Below are positions 60,487 to 64,000 of a stretch of DNA of 64,000 bases, in pieces (position 1 is the stretch's first letter; each line of letters opens with the position of its first letter). A program made the position numbers and the translations under genes. The stretch comes from Pseudohongiellaceae bacterium (GTDB taxonomy: Bacteria; Pseudomonadota; Gammaproteobacteria; Pseudomonadales; Pseudohongiellaceae). The stretch covers positions 78,586 through 142,585 of the forward strand of contig JBGSXL010000013.1 in assembly GCA_041751425.1 (NCBI GenBank), in the 5' to 3' direction. The notes under the pieces are model-generated. The model was not told where the DNA came from. It was given only the letters and a program-made list of their open reading frames with translations, and searched no databases.

Positions 60487-61576
60487 GAGAAAGCGACGTG
60501 GCACATTCGACCCACTGACGCTGGCGTTTCTGGACGTAATGTCCTGTGGCTTTGGCGCCGTGGTGCTGATATTTCTGATTCTGGATCATACGTCCACGGA
60601 ACGCCAAAATGAGAGTGACCCCGTTCTTTCTGCTGAAGTGTCTTTGCTGGAAGAAGAAATCCTGCAAGGTGAAGAACAGTTGGTAAGAATTCGCAATGCC
60701 CTGAACGACGTCAGTCTTGAAGTTGTAACCGCCCAGGGGCTAGCCAGCCGCATGCAAACAGAAATAGAAGATTTCCTGCAGCAACTGGCCGAACTGGAGG
60801 GGATCAGTCTGGGCAGTGAAGAAAGTCTGGAGCAGTTGCGTGCCGATGTGCGATCGCTGGAGGAAGACATACTGCGTCTGCAGACCACGGCGGTAGTAGA
60901 AACAGGTGATGACGCCCGCGAGTTTATAGGTGAAGGTGACAGGCAATATCTGACCGGCCTGTTTCTGGGTGGGAATCGTATTCTGATATTGCTGGATATG
61001 TCAGCCAGCATGATGGACGAGACGTTGGTCAACATCATCCGCACGCGCAATATGCCGGATGCCTCCAAAAAAGTAGCGCGTAAATGGCAACGCGCTGTGA
61101 AAACAGTGGATTGGATCACCAGTCAGTTGCCGTTGGGCAGTCAATACCAGATTGTCGCCTTCAACAACCAGATAAAGCCGGTTGTACCAGGCACAGAAGG
61201 AGTCTGGTTGGAAGTGGCAGACAGGGATGGACTTAATGCCGCCATGCGCCATGTGCAGGATCTGGTGCCGGCTGAGGGTACCAATTTACAGCAGGCTTTT
61301 CAGGCTGTATCGGATCTTAGTCCGCGACCTGACAATATATATTTGATAACCGATGGTCTGCCAACCTTGTCCAACCGGGCATCGTCCAGTAGGCTGATAA
61401 CACCGGAGGACAGACTGAAGTTGTTCGAGGATGCCGCTGAGTTCCTGCCCCGCAATATCCCCGTCAATATCATTCTGTTTCCACTTGAGGGTGACCCCAG
61501 TGCTGCAGCAGCCTATTGGGTGCTTGCGCAAAGCACAAGAGGGTCTTTTATGAGTCCATCACGGGACTGGCCATAA
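60473..61576 (+). CDS. ExbD/TolR-like TM helix + coiled coil + vWA domain protein (paralog 1)
   Basis: Basic N-terminus, then LAFLDVMSCGFGAVVLIFLIL with Asp at 60533-60535. A heptad-rich region follows, then vWA MIDAS elements (DMSAS, GTN, TDG). Confidence 0.7.
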   Translation: MASNKRKRRGTFDPLTLAFLDVMSCGFGAVVLIFLILDHTSTERQNESDPVLSAEVSLLEEEILQGEEQLVRIRNALNDVSLEVVTAQGLASRMQTEIEDFLQQLAELEGISLGSEESLEQLRADVRSLEEDILRLQTTAVVETGDDAREFIGEGDRQYLTGLFLGGNRILILLDMSASMMDETLVNIIRTRNMPDASKKVARKWQRAVKTVDWITSQLPLGSQYQIVAFNNQIKPVVPGTEGVWLEVADRDGLNAAMRHVQDLVPAEGTNLQQAFQAVSDLSPRPDNIYLITDGLPTLSNRASSSRLITPEDRLKLFEDAAEFLPRNIPVNIILFPLEGDPSAAAAYWVLAQSTRGSFMSPSRDWP

Positions 61577-62571
61577 TGCGTAGAAAACGTCAGGCAGAAG
61601 GAGCAGGCATCGCATTTCTCGACGTCATATCCTGCGGGTTTGGCGCCATCATCCTGTTGCTGATGATTACTGAAAGCTCTGCCCCTGTCACACTTGAGGT
61701 GACTACGGACGCCGAACGGCCCGTGGCGGAGCTACAGCAGGAATTATTCGCTATACGCGGCGAAACTGCCATTGTGAACCGTGATCTCAATGCCAAGCGT
61801 GAGCAGCTGTCCGCTTTTCAGCAGAGACTGGCCATCCTGCAACGTGAACGCAATATGGTCCAGGCCCGCTATCGTGCCTCAGTGGATATGTCCGACGAAG
61901 TCGTTGACGAAGAAACCCGTCTGGCTATCGCCAAACAATCGCTGACCGCAGAGATGCAGCGCCTGTTGGGGGAAGATTTTACCCGCAGCAACGATCTTGT
62001 AGGAGGTATCCCTGTAGATAGTGAATACATTATCTTTGTGATTGATACTTCCGGTAGTATGTATCAGGCCGCCTGGAGAAAGATGCTCGATATCGTGGTG
62101 GAGACTCTGGATATTTATCCGGAAGTCAAAGGCATACAGGTGATGAATGACATGGGTGAGTACATGTTCAATTCATACCGCAACCAGTGGATCCCGGATA
62201 CTCCCGGACGGCGCAACGCCATTATCAGCACTTTGCGCAACTGGAGTCCGTTCAGTAACAGCAGCCCGGTGGAAGGGGTGACGCGAGCCATCAGTTCGTT
62301 CTACGCGCCGGACAGGAAAATAAGCATTTATGTGCTGGGCGATGACTTCCAGCCGGGTGGTTCGATTTCACAGGTGATTCAAACCATCGATAGAATCAAT
62401 CAGGCGGACGCCGATGGTAATCGCATGGTAAGAATTCATGCCATCGGCTTTCCAGTAATTTTTTCACTGCAGCCGCGCTTCCATCAGAGCGCTTATCGCT
62501 TTGCCAATCTGATGCGAGAGTTGACACATAGAAACGGTGGCACTTTTGTAGGATTGAATACTTTCGAATAG
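61576..62571 (+). CDS. ExbD/TolR-like TM helix + coiled coil + vWA domain protein (paralog 2)
   Basis: MRRKRQ...IAFLDVISCGFGAIILLLMI with Asp at 61621-61623, then a coiled coil and vWA elements (IFVIDTSGSM ... VLGDD). The TAATG overlaps paralog 1. Confidence 0.7.
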   Translation: MRRKRQAEGAGIAFLDVISCGFGAIILLLMITESSAPVTLEVTTDAERPVAELQQELFAIRGETAIVNRDLNAKREQLSAFQQRLAILQRERNMVQARYRASVDMSDEVVDEETRLAIAKQSLTAEMQRLLGEDFTRSNDLVGGIPVDSEYIIFVIDTSGSMYQAAWRKMLDIVVETLDIYPEVKGIQVMNDMGEYMFNSYRNQWIPDTPGRRNAIISTLRNWSPFSNSSPVEGVTRAISSFYAPDRKISIYVLGDDFQPGGSISQVIQTIDRINQADADGNRMVRIHAIGFPVIFSLQPRFHQSAYRFANLMRELTHRNGGTFVGLNTFE

Positions 62572-62594
62572 TCATTCATTACAGGGCTTCGCCA

Positions 62595-63251
62595 ATGAGT
62601 TTGATAGCGATTGGAAACACAGCAAGTAAATGCACACTCAATCTGCTGCCGCAGTTTCGCCGGATTTTGCTGCTGCTTGCAGTGTTGAGCATGAGTGCTT
62701 GCGGTGTCAGCTCCGTCACTGTGTCCGGTAGTTATCCCACTCCCAACATTGACAGAATTCCACTTAGCCTGGGCGTCTATTATGACGATACCTTGCGTGA
62801 GCATGCCTATATTGAATACACGGAAAACGGCAATGAAGAGTATCGGGTAGCCAGTGGCGATTCGCATATCGATTTGTTCGCCTCCATTCTGCCGGCCATG
62901 TTTGATCGCGTGGTGTTGCTGAATGACCCGGAGGGCGGCAGCGCGGCCGGTGTTGATCTGGTATTCGCTCCGGCCATAGAAGAGTTTCAACTGGCGCTAC
63001 CACAGAAAACCAGGCTCGACGCCTACGAGGTGTGGGTGAAATACAATATGCGGCTTTCGGCACCTGATGGTGGGTATATTGCTGACTGGGTGTTAACCGC
63101 TTACGGCAAAACATCACAGGAAGGGTTCAGCTCCGTAGAAGCCGGGATAAACAATGCGGCGGTCTCAGCGTTGCGAGATCTGGGATCCAATTTCGCACTG
63201 ACTTTTACCAGTGTGCCTGACGTCAGGGATTGGCTGAATTCCCGTTTGTGA
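62595..63251 (+). CDS. lipoprotein, hypothetical
   Basis: Lipobox (LSMSAC), operon position, no recognised family. Confidence 0.6.
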   Translation: MSLIAIGNTASKCTLNLLPQFRRILLLLAVLSMSACGVSSVTVSGSYPTPNIDRIPLSLGVYYDDTLREHAYIEYTENGNEEYRVASGDSHIDLFASILPAMFDRVVLLNDPEGGSAAGVDLVFAPAIEEFQLALPQKTRLDAYEVWVKYNMRLSAPDGGYIADWVLTAYGKTSQEGFSSVEAGINNAAVSALRDLGSNFALTFTSVPDVRDWLNSRL

Positions 63252-63261
63252 GGAGTAAGTT

Positions 63262-63921
63262 ATGAAAGCGGTATTCATGAAGATCAGTGCGCTGATATTA
63301 CTTGCGCTGATGAGTGCCTGCACTACAACCACGATTGATGAGTTCCGGCAGGGTGAAACCGGTATCGAAAGCCACGAGTCAATTGTTCTGCTGGGTCGCA
63401 GACAAGGCAGCAACTACGAGACGCGTGCAGAGTTTGTGGAATGTGTAGGCGATAGAGTAAAACGTGGCACGGGTGGCATCAATGTCATCCCGGAGCAGGA
63501 GTTCGTTGATGCCATGTTCCCTTGGTTTGAACCGCGTACAGCACCGATGCGCAGCACTGACATGCAGGTGTTGATGGAACAACCACAGGTAGCTCAGAAA
63601 ATCTCAGATTATGGTATTCGATATATTGTCTGGCTGGATGGTCAGACTGAGACCAGCAACCGGGTGGGCTCCATTTCCTGCACGGTGGGTCCGGGTGGTG
63701 GCGGTTGTTTCGGTTTTGGTTCCTGGGAAGATGATTCCAATTTCGATGCGCGAATCTGGGATGTGAATTCCTTCGTCAATGTTGGCGTAATCAGTGCTGA
63801 CGCGACTGGTCAGTCTTACCTGCCGGCTATTGTGGTGCCCATTCCCCTGATAGCGAGGGTTGAAGCCAACGCCTGCAACAGTCTTGCCGAGCAGCTTAAA
63901 CAATTTGTGTACGGTAATTGA
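63262..63921 (+). CDS. lipoprotein, hypothetical
   Basis: Lipobox (LMSAC), operon position, no recognised family. Confidence 0.6.
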   Translation: MKAVFMKISALILLALMSACTTTTIDEFRQGETGIESHESIVLLGRRQGSNYETRAEFVECVGDRVKRGTGGINVIPEQEFVDAMFPWFEPRTAPMRSTDMQVLMEQPQVAQKISDYGIRYIVWLDGQTETSNRVGSISCTVGPGGGGCFGFGSWEDDSNFDARIWDVNSFVNVGVISADATGQSYLPAIVVPIPLIARVEANACNSLAEQLKQFVYGN

Positions 63922-63940
63922 GAAGAAGCGGGGTGACACC

Positions 63941-64000
63941 ATGTTCCGACTCACAGTAGTTTTTTGTTGCGCCAGCTTGTTACTGGGATTGAACTCCTGT
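63941..64000 (+). CDS. lipoprotein, hypothetical (5' fragment, runs off the window)
   Basis: MFRLTVVFCCASLLLGLNSC is a signal peptide plus lipobox, 19 nt after the previous stop. Confidence 0.4.
   Translation, partial: MFRLTVVFCCASLLLGLNSC

Noticed and set aside
58337-62571. Interpreting the MotA-like gene plus downstream genes as a Zorya-type anti-phage system.
   Set aside because: The MotA-like protein has no long ZorA-like C-terminal tail. There is no MotB/OmpA-like peptidoglycan-binding partner and no ZorC/ZorD-like helicase or nuclease genes. The surrounding lipoprotein, TPR and TonB_C content points to an envelope machine instead.

Overview
This is a 64 kb chromosomal segment that looks gammaproteobacterial. 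Gene order resembles Pseudomonadales/Cellvibrionales: slmA-argB-algC-coaBC next to radC and rpmBG; ftsYEX, rpoH, thiSG and trmB; rsmD, coaD and mutM. All calls come from reading the ORF translations and the DNA by eye; no homology search was run. About 60 CDS are supported, mostly housekeeping genes packed in operons. I saw no rRNA, tRNA or CRISPR array. rpmG (L33, 51 aa) is below the ORF-track length cutoff and was found by hand. Accessory or odd content, in order: (1) an orphan GAF-GspE/PulE ATPase whose stop codon sits in a 3 x 12-nt tandem repeat; (2) a ~600-nt AT-rich non-coding island with two perfect and two 8/9 DnaA-box matches, upstream of an orphan acidic ORF; (3) a CopC-like / CxxCH / His-rich secreted gene group; (4) a TonB-dependent receptor with a poly-Gly insert and a GC-rich structured leader, next to a 58-nt perfect palindrome at the slmA stop; (5) a 1460-aa GT2/coiled-coil/GT2/GT4 glycosyltransferase between radC and rpmB; (6) a Y1-transposase-like protein with a DnaA-C-like HTH tail; (7) an M13 peptidase interrupted by one in-frame TAG inside its HExxH..DDQG region. 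The main candidate for an undescribed system is the tightly coupled same-strand cluster of at least 13 genes at 50.3-64.0 kb, which runs off the window end. It encodes a TPR/TonB_C-like periplasmic protein, a Ser/Gly-rich lipoprotein, further lipoproteins, a TPR membrane anchor and a PEGA + FGE-sulfatase (GldJ/K-like) protein. It also encodes a MotA/ExbB-type channel, a degenerate Hsp70/actin-fold protein with an FHA-like tail, and two paralogous proteins that fuse an ExbD/TolR-like Asp-containing TM helix to a coiled coil and a vWA domain. I read this as a possible proton-motive-force-driven envelope machine of unknown function.
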